From: Bacteroidales bacterium | GTDB lineage: Bacteria > Bacteroidota > Bacteroidia > Bacteroidales > UBA1402 | Direction of reading: 5' to 3' | DNA length: 64,000 nucleotides | Assembly (NCBI GenBank): GCA_017446025.1 | Contig: JAFSRR010000104.1 | Span: forward strand, 44,026-108,025 | Part shown: positions 1-7,973 of the stretch, one piece after another | Layout of the letters: each line of letters opens with the position of its first letter | Numbering within the stretch: the first letter of the stretch is position 1 | Notes under the pieces: model-generated | Told to the model about the DNA's origin: nothing | Databases searched by the model: none | The model's input: only the letters and a program-made list of their open reading frames with translations | Position numbers and translations under genes: made by a program

Positions 1-2211
1 CAGCCTGATGGAGTCGGCCACGGCATCGGCGTTCAAGGCTACATTGTAGAGATTGCTGCCGTTGTCCACTGCCGAAGCCGCCGACAGATACAGACGTTTG
101 TCACCCTGGTTGTCGGCCATGATCTCGGGCTGGCTCAGCCGCATTTCCTGATAGAAGATTTCCCGGGAATGGGCCCTGAGATAGAAGTGGTCGTCCGGGT
201 GATCGTAATAGCCTTCCGCGCTAACCGATTCGGGCACGGTAAAGGGAAGGCTGAGGGCAGTGGACCAGCTTTTCGTTTGGCCCACTTCCAATTGGAAATG
301 ATAACTGTTGTCGGCTACCGATCGGCCTTCGGCCGGGAACAGCGTGGGCAGGTAGCGGGCCAGCACACCGTCGTGGATATCGTTGTAGAGCTCGGAGAAG
401 CGGTATTTGCCGATGAGTTCGCCTCGGATGACATCTGAGGCGATAGCGGTCCGGCCTTTTTCCAGACTCAATACCAGGGTGTCGGCATGGCAGGGTGTCA
501 GGTTGTTGTAAAAGTCGATGGAATCCACTCGAAGCTGCCCAAGCAGATTGTCCAGGTCGTTGCCTTCCAAATCGGTACTCAAGCTGAAGGATAAAGCCGA
601 TGTACCTTCTGTCTCAGGCAGGAAGTTCAACTGCTGCAGATCGACGTGCCGGACCTCCATATCGGCCTGTAGTCGATTGACGTCCTTTTGTTGCATGAAG
701 GCCGTCAGATTGAGTTGACAGTTGGGATCGTCCATATCTAGAAGGGCATGGTAGTGACCCTGTTCGTCGATACGGGCCTTCAAGTCGGCATCCCGATAGA
801 CATAGCCGTTGAAGGGCAGGCGGTGGATATCGGCCTGGACATCGGCCATGAGCGACTGGCCTTCACGCCGGACCGCCTTCACCTTCATGTCCATATCGGT
901 CGGACCAAGTGCCTTTTCGAGTTGGAAAAGCTCTTGCAAATCAAAGTTGTCTGTACTGATGCTCCCGGCCAGGTGTTGTTCGCTCGAGGCATAGTCGATC
1001 ACACTGGCCTGCAGTTGCATGGTGCCCGGGGCACTGGCCAATTGTCCTTTGGCCCTGATCATACTCGAATCCATCGACAACTCTCCTGTGTAGGAAGTGC
1101 GTCCCAAACGATAGACAAAATCGGGCAACTGCATGGAGGGAGATGAGGCGATTTGCCCGTACAACGCAGCTATTTCGGGACGTATCCAAATCTCGTCCCA
1201 ATGGGAATTGATGCGGCGGGACGGTTTGAGCGCATGTTGGAGGCTGGCTTGTCCATCCAGTCCGGCCAGATCGTCGAGGCTGAAATACAGGTGACGAATG
1301 TCCAGCAAGCTCATATCGCCGGCCAGTTGCAATTGCAGTGTTGCCTGGTGGTTGTCATTCTCCAGGTGGTACTGACGGGCAGTCTGCGGAAAATCCCATA
1401 GCGAGAGACGGGCTGTCAGGTCCATCTCTTCGGCTATTGCGATGGAATCGGGCCGGAAGCCGGGACAAAGCAGCAGCGTGGGGGTGACGGTGACGCTGGA
1501 ATGGGGCAGGGCCAGGGCAAAACGTTCGATGAGCAGGTAGCGCTGGTCGTAACCGGCAGCCAGGTCGAGATCCTGGATTTGGAACCCCTGGGGGGTGGCG
1601 CAACTGAGTTGCTCGACGTTCATCTTGATCCGTCCATCTTCCGAAAGGGCGTTGCCTTTGAGACTAATGTCTTTTACTTCAACATGATATGGGTCAAACC
1701 CTGAAGAGTAGGGCTCCGACAGGACATCGTATTGGATGCGGCAGTCTTTCAGCATCACGGATTCCAGATTCAGGTAGGGGAGAGACTGGCCGTTTTTCGT
1801 GGCTTTTCCATCGTCGGGTTGGGACTGGAACAGGGGCAGCTGTTTGATATTGAGCGGCGAGGAGGGCGTTTCCCTCCACAGGTGGATGTTGGCGCCTATC
1901 AATCGGATAGCATTGAATCCCAGTCGCTTGGAGAGAAGTTTACGGGGCTGGACATCAATGTCGGCACGGTCAATCGACAAGAGCGTGTTGCCAGTCGAAT
2001 CGGTCAGAACCACCTGGTAGAGATTCAGGCAGGAACGCTCCAGGCTGAAAGACAGGGAATCGAGCTTGACAAGGAGCCCTTGTTGCCCGACAGCGCCGTT
2101 CAGCCCTTTCTGCAAGGCCCAGCGCTGGAAGCGGCTGTTGGACAACACCAAGAGGATGACACCCAACAGTGCCACCACAATAAACGTCCAAAGCCAGCTT
2201 TTCTTTCTCAA
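1..2211 (-). CDS. TamB/AsmA-like translocation-and-assembly-module protein; the N-terminal 737 codons lie in the window and the 3' end runs off the left edge
   Basis: Hand translation of the reverse strand from TTG at 2211-2209 gives MRKKSWLWTFIVVALLGVILLVLSNSRFQRWALQKGL, a basic N-terminus followed by one TM helix. Spot translations at 1740, 1200, 660 and 60 stay open in the same phase and end GSNLYNVALNADAVADSIRL at the edge. There is no in-frame ATG after the upstream TAG (2283-2281), so the start is non-ATG. The gene is missing from the ORF track because it has no stop in the window. The family call rests on size, the N-terminal anchor and a remembered divergent pairing with tsaD. It is not motif-verified. 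Confidence 0.55.
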   Translation of the reverse strand, partial: MRKKSWLWTFIVVALLGVILLVLSNSRFQRWALQKGLNGAVGQQGLLVKLDSLSFSLERSCLNLYQVVLTDSTGNTLLSIDRADIDVQPRKLLSKRLGFNAIRLIGANIHLWRETPSSPLNIKQLPLFQSQPDDGKATKNGQSLPYLNLESVMLKDCRIQYDVLSEPYSSGFDPYHVEVKDISLKGNALSEDGRIKMNVEQLSCATPQGFQIQDLDLAAGYDQRYLLIERFALALPHSSVTVTPTLLLCPGFRPDSIAIAEEMDLTARLSLWDFPQTARQYHLENDNHQATLQLQLAGDMSLLDIRHLYFSLDDLAGLDGQASLQHALKPSRRINSHWDEIWIRPEIAALYGQIASSPSMQLPDFVYRLGRTSYTGELSMDSSMIRAKGQLASAPGTMQLQASVIDYASSEQHLAGSISTDNFDLQELFQLEKALGPTDMDMKVKAVRREGQSLMADVQADIHRLPFNGYVYRDADLKARIDEQGHYHALLDMDDPNCQLNLTAFMQQKDVNRLQADMEVRHVDLQQLNFLPETEGTSALSFSLSTDLEGNDLDNLLGQLRVDSIDFYNNLTPCHADTLVLSLEKGRTAIASDVIRGELIGKYRFSELYNDIHDGVLARYLPTLFPAEGRSVADNSYHFQLEVGQTKSWSTALSLPFTVPESVSAEGYYDHPDDHFYLRAHSREIFYQEMRLSQPEIMADNQGDKRLYLSAASAVDNGSNLYNVALNADAVADSIRL

Positions 2212-2273
2212 ATTAATTGTACTTTTGTGCGCCTGTTTGAGCAGGCGGAAAAACCGACAAATGTACGAATAAA

Positions 2274-3296
2274 ATGAGACCTATTTACATTTTAGGGATA
2301 GAATCTTCTTGTGACGACACTTCAGCGGCTGTAATTCAGGGAGATTGCCTGCTGTCAAATGTCATTGCCAGCCAGAAAGTCCACGAGATTTACGGCGGCG
2401 TGGTGCCCGAATTGGCCTCCCGTGCCCATCAGCACAACATCGTACCGGTGGTGGACCTGGCACTCAAGCAGGCCGGTATCGACAAATCCCAGCTTTCGGC
2501 CCTGGCCTATACCCGGGGACCGGGCCTGATGGGTTCGTTGTTGGTCGGCACTTCATTTGCCAAAGGTTTTGCCCGCGCCCTGAACCTGCCGATGATCGAT
2601 GTGAACCATCTCCAAGCGCATATTCTGGCCCATTTCATCCAGCAAAAAGGGGAGGAGCACACCCCGCCGGCTTTTCCATTCCTTTGTCTGCTGGTTTCGG
2701 GCGGCAACTCCCAGATTGTGCTGGTGAAATCGTACAAAGACATGGAAATCATCGGCCAGACCATTGACGATGCAGCCGGCGAGGCTTTCGACAAATGCGC
2801 CAAGATGCTGGGGCTGCCATACCCGGGCGGCCCGGTCATTGACAAACTAGCCCAAAGCGGTGATCCTGAGGCATTTCACTATAGTCATCCTCAAGTGCCT
2901 GATTTCAACTACAGCTTCAGTGGCCTGAAGACATCGTTCCTGTATCATTTGCGCGATGAAATGGCCAAAAATCCCAACTTCGCCGAAGAGCGCAAACCGG
3001 ATCTGTGTGCCTCCCTGCAGAAAGCGGTGGTGGACATCCTGATGGACAAGCTCTACAAGGCCACCAAGGCTCTCAAGATAAAAGAGGTGGCCGTGGCCGG
3101 CGGAGTGTCTGCCAATTCAGCGCTGCGGGCAGCCTTCCAGGACTATGCCCGCCGTTACCAGTGGCGTATCCATATTCCCAGGATCTCCTATACGACCGAC
3201 AATGCGGCCATGGTGGCCATATGCGGATATTTTAAGTACTTGGATGGAGATTTCTGTCCCATCGATGCAGCGCCTTTTTCCAGAGTGTCGGTTTAG
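2274..3296 (+). CDS. tsaD: tRNA N6-adenosine threonylcarbamoyltransferase TsaD (Kae1/Gcp family)
   Basis: 340 aa. The N-terminus ILGIESSCDDTSAAV, followed by GGVVPELASRAHQ and LLVSGGNSQI, is typical of TsaD. ATG start checked at 2274. Confidence 0.95.
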   Translation: MRPIYILGIESSCDDTSAAVIQGDCLLSNVIASQKVHEIYGGVVPELASRAHQHNIVPVVDLALKQAGIDKSQLSALAYTRGPGLMGSLLVGTSFAKGFARALNLPMIDVNHLQAHILAHFIQQKGEEHTPPAFPFLCLLVSGGNSQIVLVKSYKDMEIIGQTIDDAAGEAFDKCAKMLGLPYPGGPVIDKLAQSGDPEAFHYSHPQVPDFNYSFSGLKTSFLYHLRDEMAKNPNFAEERKPDLCASLQKAVVDILMDKLYKATKALKIKEVAVAGGVSANSALRAAFQDYARRYQWRIHIPRISYTTDNAAMVAICGYFKYLDGDFCPIDAAPFSRVSV

Positions 3297-3311
3297 TAAG
3301 TGCTTTATATT

Positions 3312-3342
3312 GAGCGCAATACAAATCGCTCTCGTTTTTTTT
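3312..3342 (+). terminator. Weak rho-independent terminator candidate after tsaD
   Basis: A 5-bp stem gagcg/cgctc (3312-3316 / 3327-3331) is followed by a T8 run at 3335-3342. The stem is short. Confidence 0.35.
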
Positions 3343-3485
3343 GAAAAATAATGGATGTAATAATTGCACAATTGACGAAAAAGTACGATTTTTGCACCCG
3401 CTAAAAAAATATTGTGCGCGACCGCCGTCGAGGCCGAGCAAAACATTGAAAGCAAGAAAAATATAAACCAGTAATATTAATTGCA

Positions 3486-3746
3486 ATGTCGAAAATTTGT
3501 CAGATCACAGGAAAGAGAGCTATGATTGGCAACAACGTCTCGCATTCCAAGAGACGTACCAAACGTAAATTCAATGTCAATCTTTTCCAGAAGAAGTTCT
3601 ATTGGGTAGAACAGGGTTGCTGGATTGCACTGACCGTTTCTGCAGCCGGTCTGCGCGATATCAACCGCAAAGGTTTGAACGCCGCCATGAACGATGCCGT
3701 CGCTGCCGGTCATCTGCGTATGGAAGATATTTTAATCATCGACTAA
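3486..3746 (+). CDS. rpmB: 50S ribosomal protein L28
   Basis: 86 aa. [33 protein letters not shown] is the L28 signature N-terminus. Confidence 0.95.
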   Translation: MSKICQITGKRAMIGNNVSHSKRRTKRKFNVNLFQKKFYWVEQGCWIALTVSAAGLRDINRKGLNAAMNDAVAAGHLRMEDILIID

Positions 3747-3761
3747 GAGGAGAGTATAGCC

Positions 3762-3950
3762 ATGGCAAAGAAAGCAAAAGGTAACAGAGTCCAGGTCATC
3801 CTGGAATGCACTGAACATAAGGACAGCGGTATGCCGGGTACTTCCCGATACATCACCACCAAGAATCGTAAGAACACGACCGGGAGATTGGAGCTGAAGA
3901 AATACAATCCTATCCTGAAGAGAGTCACAGTACACAAAGAAATTAAATAA
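3762..3950 (+). CDS. rpmG: 50S ribosomal protein L33
   Basis: 62 aa. The sequence contains [23 protein letters not shown] and [20 protein letters not shown]. Confidence 0.95.
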   Translation: MAKKAKGNRVQVILECTEHKDSGMPGTSRYITTKNRKNTTGRLELKKYNPILKRVTVHKEIK

Positions 3951-3958
3951 TATAAGAG

Positions 3959-4114
3959 ATGGCAAAGAAAGCAATTTCAACCTTGCGTACCGGTGAAGGC
4001 CGTTCCACGGTGAAGGTTATCAAGATGATCAAGTCTCCGAAGACCGGAGCTTACGTTTTCAATGAAGAAATGGTAGCTGCTGACAAGGCTGCTGAATACG
4101 CCAAGAAGAAATAA
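3959..4114 (+). CDS. DUF4295-family small basic protein, the conserved third gene of the Bacteroidota rpmB-rpmG operon
   Basis: Hand-translated 51 aa: MAKKAISTLRTGEGRSTVKVIKMIKSPKTGAYVFNEEMVAADKAAEYAKKK, with TAA at 4112-4114. It falls below the ORF-track size cut-off. It sits 8 nt after rpmG and is followed by a strong terminator. Confidence 0.8.
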   Translation: MAKKAISTLRTGEGRSTVKVIKMIKSPKTGAYVFNEEMVAADKAAEYAKKK

Positions 4115-4146
4115 CTTGTTATTCAGAGTTTTGTCGATAAATATTC

Positions 4147-4179
4147 AAGGTTGTTTCTGATTCAGAGACAACCTTTTTT
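4147..4179 (+). terminator. Rho-independent terminator of the rpmB-rpmG-DUF4295 operon
   Basis: A 12-bp stem aaggttgtttct/agagacaacctt (one G-U pair) with a 5-nt loop is followed by a T6 run at 4174-4179. Confidence 0.8.
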
Positions 4180-4199
4180 CGCTTAATAAACAAGGTCAC

Positions 4200-5162
4200 A
4201 TGGGTATTTTCGGTTTGTTCTCCAAAGAAAAGAAGGCCACCCTGGATCAGGGCTTGGCACGCACCAAGGACAGTGTCCTGTCGAAGATAGGCCGGGCCAT
4301 CGCCGGCAAGTCCAAAGTGGACGACGAGGTGTTGGACCAACTGGAGGAAATCCTGATTTCCTCGGATGTCGGGGTGGACACCACCATACGCATCATCGAG
4401 CGTATCGAGGCGCGTATCAAGCGCGACAAATACCTCAATACCGACGAACTCTACGCCACGTTGAAAGCGGAGATTGTCGATCTGCTTACGGAGAATGACC
4501 TGGAAGCCAGCATGGATTTCGAAGTGCCTGCCGGCAAGCATCCCTACGTGATCATGGTGGTCGGCGTGAACGGGGTGGGTAAGACCACGACCATCGGCAA
4601 GATCGCCTGGCAGTTTACGCGCAAGGGCAAAAAGGTCTATCTGGGGGCTGCCGACACTTTCCGTGCCGCCGCCGTCGAACAACTCGACATCTGGGGGCAG
4701 CGCACCGGTGCCACCGTCGTCAAGCAGCGCATGGGCGCCGATCCGGCTTCCGTTGTCTTCGACACGCTCAAGTCGGCCCAGGCCAACGATGCCGATGTGG
4801 TGCTCATCGATACGGCCGGCCGGCTGCACAACAAGGTGGGGCTGATGAACGAGCTGACCAAGATCAAGAACGTCATGAAGAAGGTCTATCCCGAGGCACC
4901 GCACGAGATATTGCTCGTGCTGGATGGCTCGACCGGGCAGAATGCCTTCGAACAGGCCCGCCAGTTTACCTTGGCCACCGAAGTCAATACGCTGGCCATC
5001 ACCAAATTGGATGGCACCGCCAAAGGTGGTGTCGTGCTGGGTATTTCCGACCAGTTCAAGATTCCGGTCAAATACATCGGTCTGGGCGAGGGCATGGACG
5101 ACCTGCAGATATTCAACCGCCGGGAATTTGTCGATTCCCTGTTTGGCGACCAGTTGTCATGA
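4200..5162 (+). CDS. ftsY: Signal recognition particle receptor FtsY
   Basis: 320 aa. It carries the SRP-GTPase NG domain: VIMVVGVNGVGKTTTIGK, DTAGRLHN, and TKLDGTAKGG. Confidence 0.95.
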   Translation: MGIFGLFSKEKKATLDQGLARTKDSVLSKIGRAIAGKSKVDDEVLDQLEEILISSDVGVDTTIRIIERIEARIKRDKYLNTDELYATLKAEIVDLLTENDLEASMDFEVPAGKHPYVIMVVGVNGVGKTTTIGKIAWQFTRKGKKVYLGAADTFRAAAVEQLDIWGQRTGATVVKQRMGADPASVVFDTLKSAQANDADVVLIDTAGRLHNKVGLMNELTKIKNVMKKVYPEAPHEILLVLDGSTGQNAFEQARQFTLATEVNTLAITKLDGTAKGGVVLGISDQFKIPVKYIGLGEGMDDLQIFNRREFVDSLFGDQLS

Positions 5163-6457
5163 AGTCCTCAAAGGGAGTCACCGTCATTTCATTGGGCTGC
5201 TCGAAGAATCTGGTCGATTCTGAGCAACTGTTGCACCAATTCCGCCGGATAGGCTATGAAATACGCCACGACGAGCGTCCCCGCCGGGGTGATGTCGTAG
5301 TGATCAATACCTGCGGCTTTATCCAGGATGCCAAGCAGGAGTCGATTGAGACCATCTTGCAGTATTGTGAGGCCCGCCGCAAGGGCCAGATCGCCCGCCT
5401 GTATGTGATGGGCTGCCTTTCACAGCGTTATTTGGAGGAACTCAAGCTGGAGATTCCCGAAGTGGACGCTTTCTACGGCAAATTCAACTGGCAGGACATC
5501 CTGCGCGACCTGGGCCGTGAATACCTGGAAGCCGAGCATCACTGCCGTGTGCTGACCACGCCCTCGCATTATGCCTACATCAAGATAGCCGAAGGCTGCA
5601 ACCGGCATTGTTCTTTTTGTGCCATTCCTTTGATTACCGGGCCGTACCAATCGCGTCCGATAGAGGATATCAAGCAGGAAATCGTTGAATTGGTCGCTGC
5701 CGGTGTCAAGGAATTCCAGATTCTGGCCCAGGATCTTTCGTATTATGGCAAAGACCTGTACCACGAGTTCAAACTGGCACAATTGATAGAGGAAATATCT
5801 GATATAAAAGGAGTTGAGTGGATCAGACTGCATTATGCCTATCCATATTTGTTTCCGTACGACATTTTGCCGGTGATCCGGGAGAGAGCCAATGTCTGCC
5901 TGTATCTGGACATGGCCCTTCAGCATTGCAGCGACCATATTCTCCAGTTAATGAGACGTCATATCACTGGAAATGAGACAGTTGAATTGATTAATAGGAT
6001 ACGCCGCGAGGTACCTGGCATCCATCTGAGAACCACTTTGATGGTAGGCCATCCGGGTGAGACTGACGCTGATTTTGAGCAACTTAAGTCGTTTGTCAAG
6101 GAAATGCGTTTCGAGCGGATGGGAGCATTTGCATATTCGGCCGAGGAAGGCACCTACAGCGGTGACCATTACAAGGACGATGTACCTCAGAACGTCAAAC
6201 AAGCCCGTCTGGACGAGTTGATGGCCATCCAGCAGGAAATCTCCGAAGAGTTGAGTCAGGCCAAAGTCGGGCAGCGTCTGCGTGTCATCATCGACCGTGA
6301 AGAGGAAGACTATTACGTAGGACGCACGGAGTTCGATTCACCGGAGGTTGATCCGGAAGTATTCGTCGGCAAGGAACGTCCGTTGGGTATCGGAGCGTTC
6401 TACGACGTACAGATCGATGAAGCATCCACGTTTGATTTGTTCGGACACACTGTCTAA
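5159..6457 (+). CDS. rimO: Ribosomal protein S12 methylthiotransferase RimO
   Basis: 432 aa. It has an N-terminal MTTase domain (VISLGCSKN and INTCGF), the radical-SAM motif AEGCNRHCSFCAIP and a C-terminal TRAM domain. The ATGA overlap with the ftsY stop was checked. Confidence 0.9.
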   Translation: MKSSKGVTVISLGCSKNLVDSEQLLHQFRRIGYEIRHDERPRRGDVVVINTCGFIQDAKQESIETILQYCEARRKGQIARLYVMGCLSQRYLEELKLEIPEVDAFYGKFNWQDILRDLGREYLEAEHHCRVLTTPSHYAYIKIAEGCNRHCSFCAIPLITGPYQSRPIEDIKQEIVELVAAGVKEFQILAQDLSYYGKDLYHEFKLAQLIEEISDIKGVEWIRLHYAYPYLFPYDILPVIRERANVCLYLDMALQHCSDHILQLMRRHITGNETVELINRIRREVPGIHLRTTLMVGHPGETDADFEQLKSFVKEMRFERMGAFAYSAEEGTYSGDHYKDDVPQNVKQARLDELMAIQQEISEELSQAKVGQRLRVIIDREEEDYYVGRTEFDSPEVDPEVFVGKERPLGIGAFYDVQIDEASTFDLFGHTV

Positions 6458-6612
6458 GTAAGTTTTCCCGGGCAGCCTGAGATTTCTCTATTTGAATTAA
6501 TAGCCCTGTATAATCGCTGAGAATCGAATATTTGATGCCGAATAGTGGTATGGTGTGGGATTTTGAAAATATCTATTCAACATAATACTAATTATGGAAC
6601 AAAAGGGAGTTG

Positions 6613-6648
6613 AAAAAAGAAAGTCCCGGAATCTCTCCCAGGACTTTC
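6613..6648 (-). terminator. Rho-independent terminator of the TPR gene
   Basis: On the minus strand, ggaaagtcctgg / ccgggactttc (one mismatch) is followed by a T6 run, seen as the plus-strand A-run at 6613-6618. Confidence 0.65.
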
Positions 6649-6671
6649 CGAAATAATGCTGAGTTGATGTG

Positions 6672-7916
6672 TTACCTCATGCTCTTCATGAGTGCGTCCA
6701 TTTCTTCGTATTTCTTTTCGTAGCCTTTGCCCAGGTTGTAATAGATACCACGCAATGCTACGACATAGTCGCGTTCTGTCGGATTCAGCTGATGGGCTTT
6801 TTCCAGGTACGGCAGCGGCTTCATGAAGACATCCTTCATTTTGGCCTTCTCGGTGCGGTATTTCCTGTCGTCGCGGATGGCATTGACACGGTCCAACTCC
6901 TCTACAGCTTCGTTGTAATAGATACGACCGATGCTGCCCAGGGCGTCGGCAAATTCGGGATCCAGTTCGACGGCCTTTTCAAAATACTTCAGAGAACCCT
7001 TTACATCTCCCTCATGTTCAATAATTTGCGCTTTCAGGTTCCAGAATACGGCCGAGGTAGAATCGCCGTTGGCCATGGCGTTGTCGATCCATACCATAGC
7101 GGTCTTCAGGTCGTTGCGGCTCAGGTATTCATTGACCAGGCTTCTGGCATAATACTGGTTCTGCGGGAATTTCTGGGCACCGATCTTGTACATTTCAATG
7201 AGGTTGACCGTGTCCTTCAGGCGGCCATATTCGTAGATAACGAACTGATACATCTCCTCTTCCGGCTTGTAAACACCCAGCAGTTTCTTGAAGTATTTCA
7301 AGGCCGTGTAGGAATCGTTGGCCTGGGATGCCGAGGCACCGCAGTAATACTGCAGCGTCTGGATCATCGTGTCCTTGGTGAGGGCTTCCATCTTGACGTT
7401 GTCCCACATCTTCAGGTTCGGATAGTCCAAATAATACTCAAAAGCCTTGATGGCGTTCTGGTAGTCCTGATTCTTGAAATAATAGCCACCTGCATTGATG
7501 AAACCGTTCTGCATGACGTCCATTATTTCCACAATCTGCTTTCGTAACTTGTTGGGAACCTTGCCCTTGGCATTAGGTGTCTGATCCAGGGAGTCGGCCA
7601 CCTTCAGGCAGTCGTAGGCCTTCATCAGGGACGTGGCCATCAGTTCTTCGTTGGCCCGGCCGCCGGTCCACTGTTTCTTCTGTTCGTTGTCGAAGAGCTT
7701 GTAGTAGATCTTACCGGCCGTAAACCAGGTGTCGGCCTGCGTTTTGGTGATGGAATCCAACAGAGCCGGAGCGATGAATTTCTCGGCTTCGACGTAGTCG
7801 GGTTTTTCGGCCGTCATCTTGGCTTTTGCCTTACGTACATTGGTCTTCTGGGCGAAAACATCCCCCGAGCCGACCAGCAGTAACAAAGCGGTGGTGAATA
7901 AAACCAATCTTTTCAT
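6672..7916 (-). CDS. Secreted tetratricopeptide-repeat protein
   Basis: 414 aa. The signal peptide is MKRLVLFTTALLLLVGSGDVFAQ. TPR-like A/Y/F-spaced helices repeat throughout (AIKAFEYYLDY, ALKYFKKLLGV, SLKYFEKAVELDP, KAHQLNP). Confidence 0.75.
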   Translation of the reverse strand: MKRLVLFTTALLLLVGSGDVFAQKTNVRKAKAKMTAEKPDYVEAEKFIAPALLDSITKTQADTWFTAGKIYYKLFDNEQKKQWTGGRANEELMATSLMKAYDCLKVADSLDQTPNAKGKVPNKLRKQIVEIMDVMQNGFINAGGYYFKNQDYQNAIKAFEYYLDYPNLKMWDNVKMEALTKDTMIQTLQYYCGASASQANDSYTALKYFKKLLGVYKPEEEMYQFVIYEYGRLKDTVNLIEMYKIGAQKFPQNQYYARSLVNEYLSRNDLKTAMVWIDNAMANGDSTSAVFWNLKAQIIEHEGDVKGSLKYFEKAVELDPEFADALGSIGRIYYNEAVEELDRVNAIRDDRKYRTEKAKMKDVFMKPLPYLEKAHQLNPTERDYVVALRGIYYNLGKGYEKKYEEMDALMKSMR

Positions 7917-7973
7917 AGTTGCATTAATTAAAAGTTTTATTTGATATCATAGACGTTCACTTGTTGCCAGGCG

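Noticed and set aside
748-2277. Plus-strand ORFs 748-1146 and 1732-2277 at the left edge
   Set aside because: These are antisense to the open TamB-like reverse frame. The reverse complement of the end of ORF 1732-2277 is the TM anchor of the real gene.
4119-4904. Other long mirror ORFs: 4119-4904(-), 6669-7547(+), 13916-15199(-), 16580-18052(-), 21615-22271(+), 23182-24039(+), 34513-35997(+), 36440-37363(+), 43703-44764(+)
   Set aside because: All lie opposite genes with clear family motifs (ftsY, TPR, htpG, TBDR, rluA-family, GT2, recN, DUF4835, pectinesterase). All share the G/V/D/L/H/Q-rich antisense composition.
6458-6612. AT-rich 155-bp spacer after rimO considered as a small RNA or small ORF (for example, a 20-codon ORF starting with ATG at 6595)
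   Set aside because: No promoter box, no conserved structure and no convincing terminator for the plus strand are present. The mini-ORF runs through the TPR-gene terminator hairpin. There is not enough evidence.
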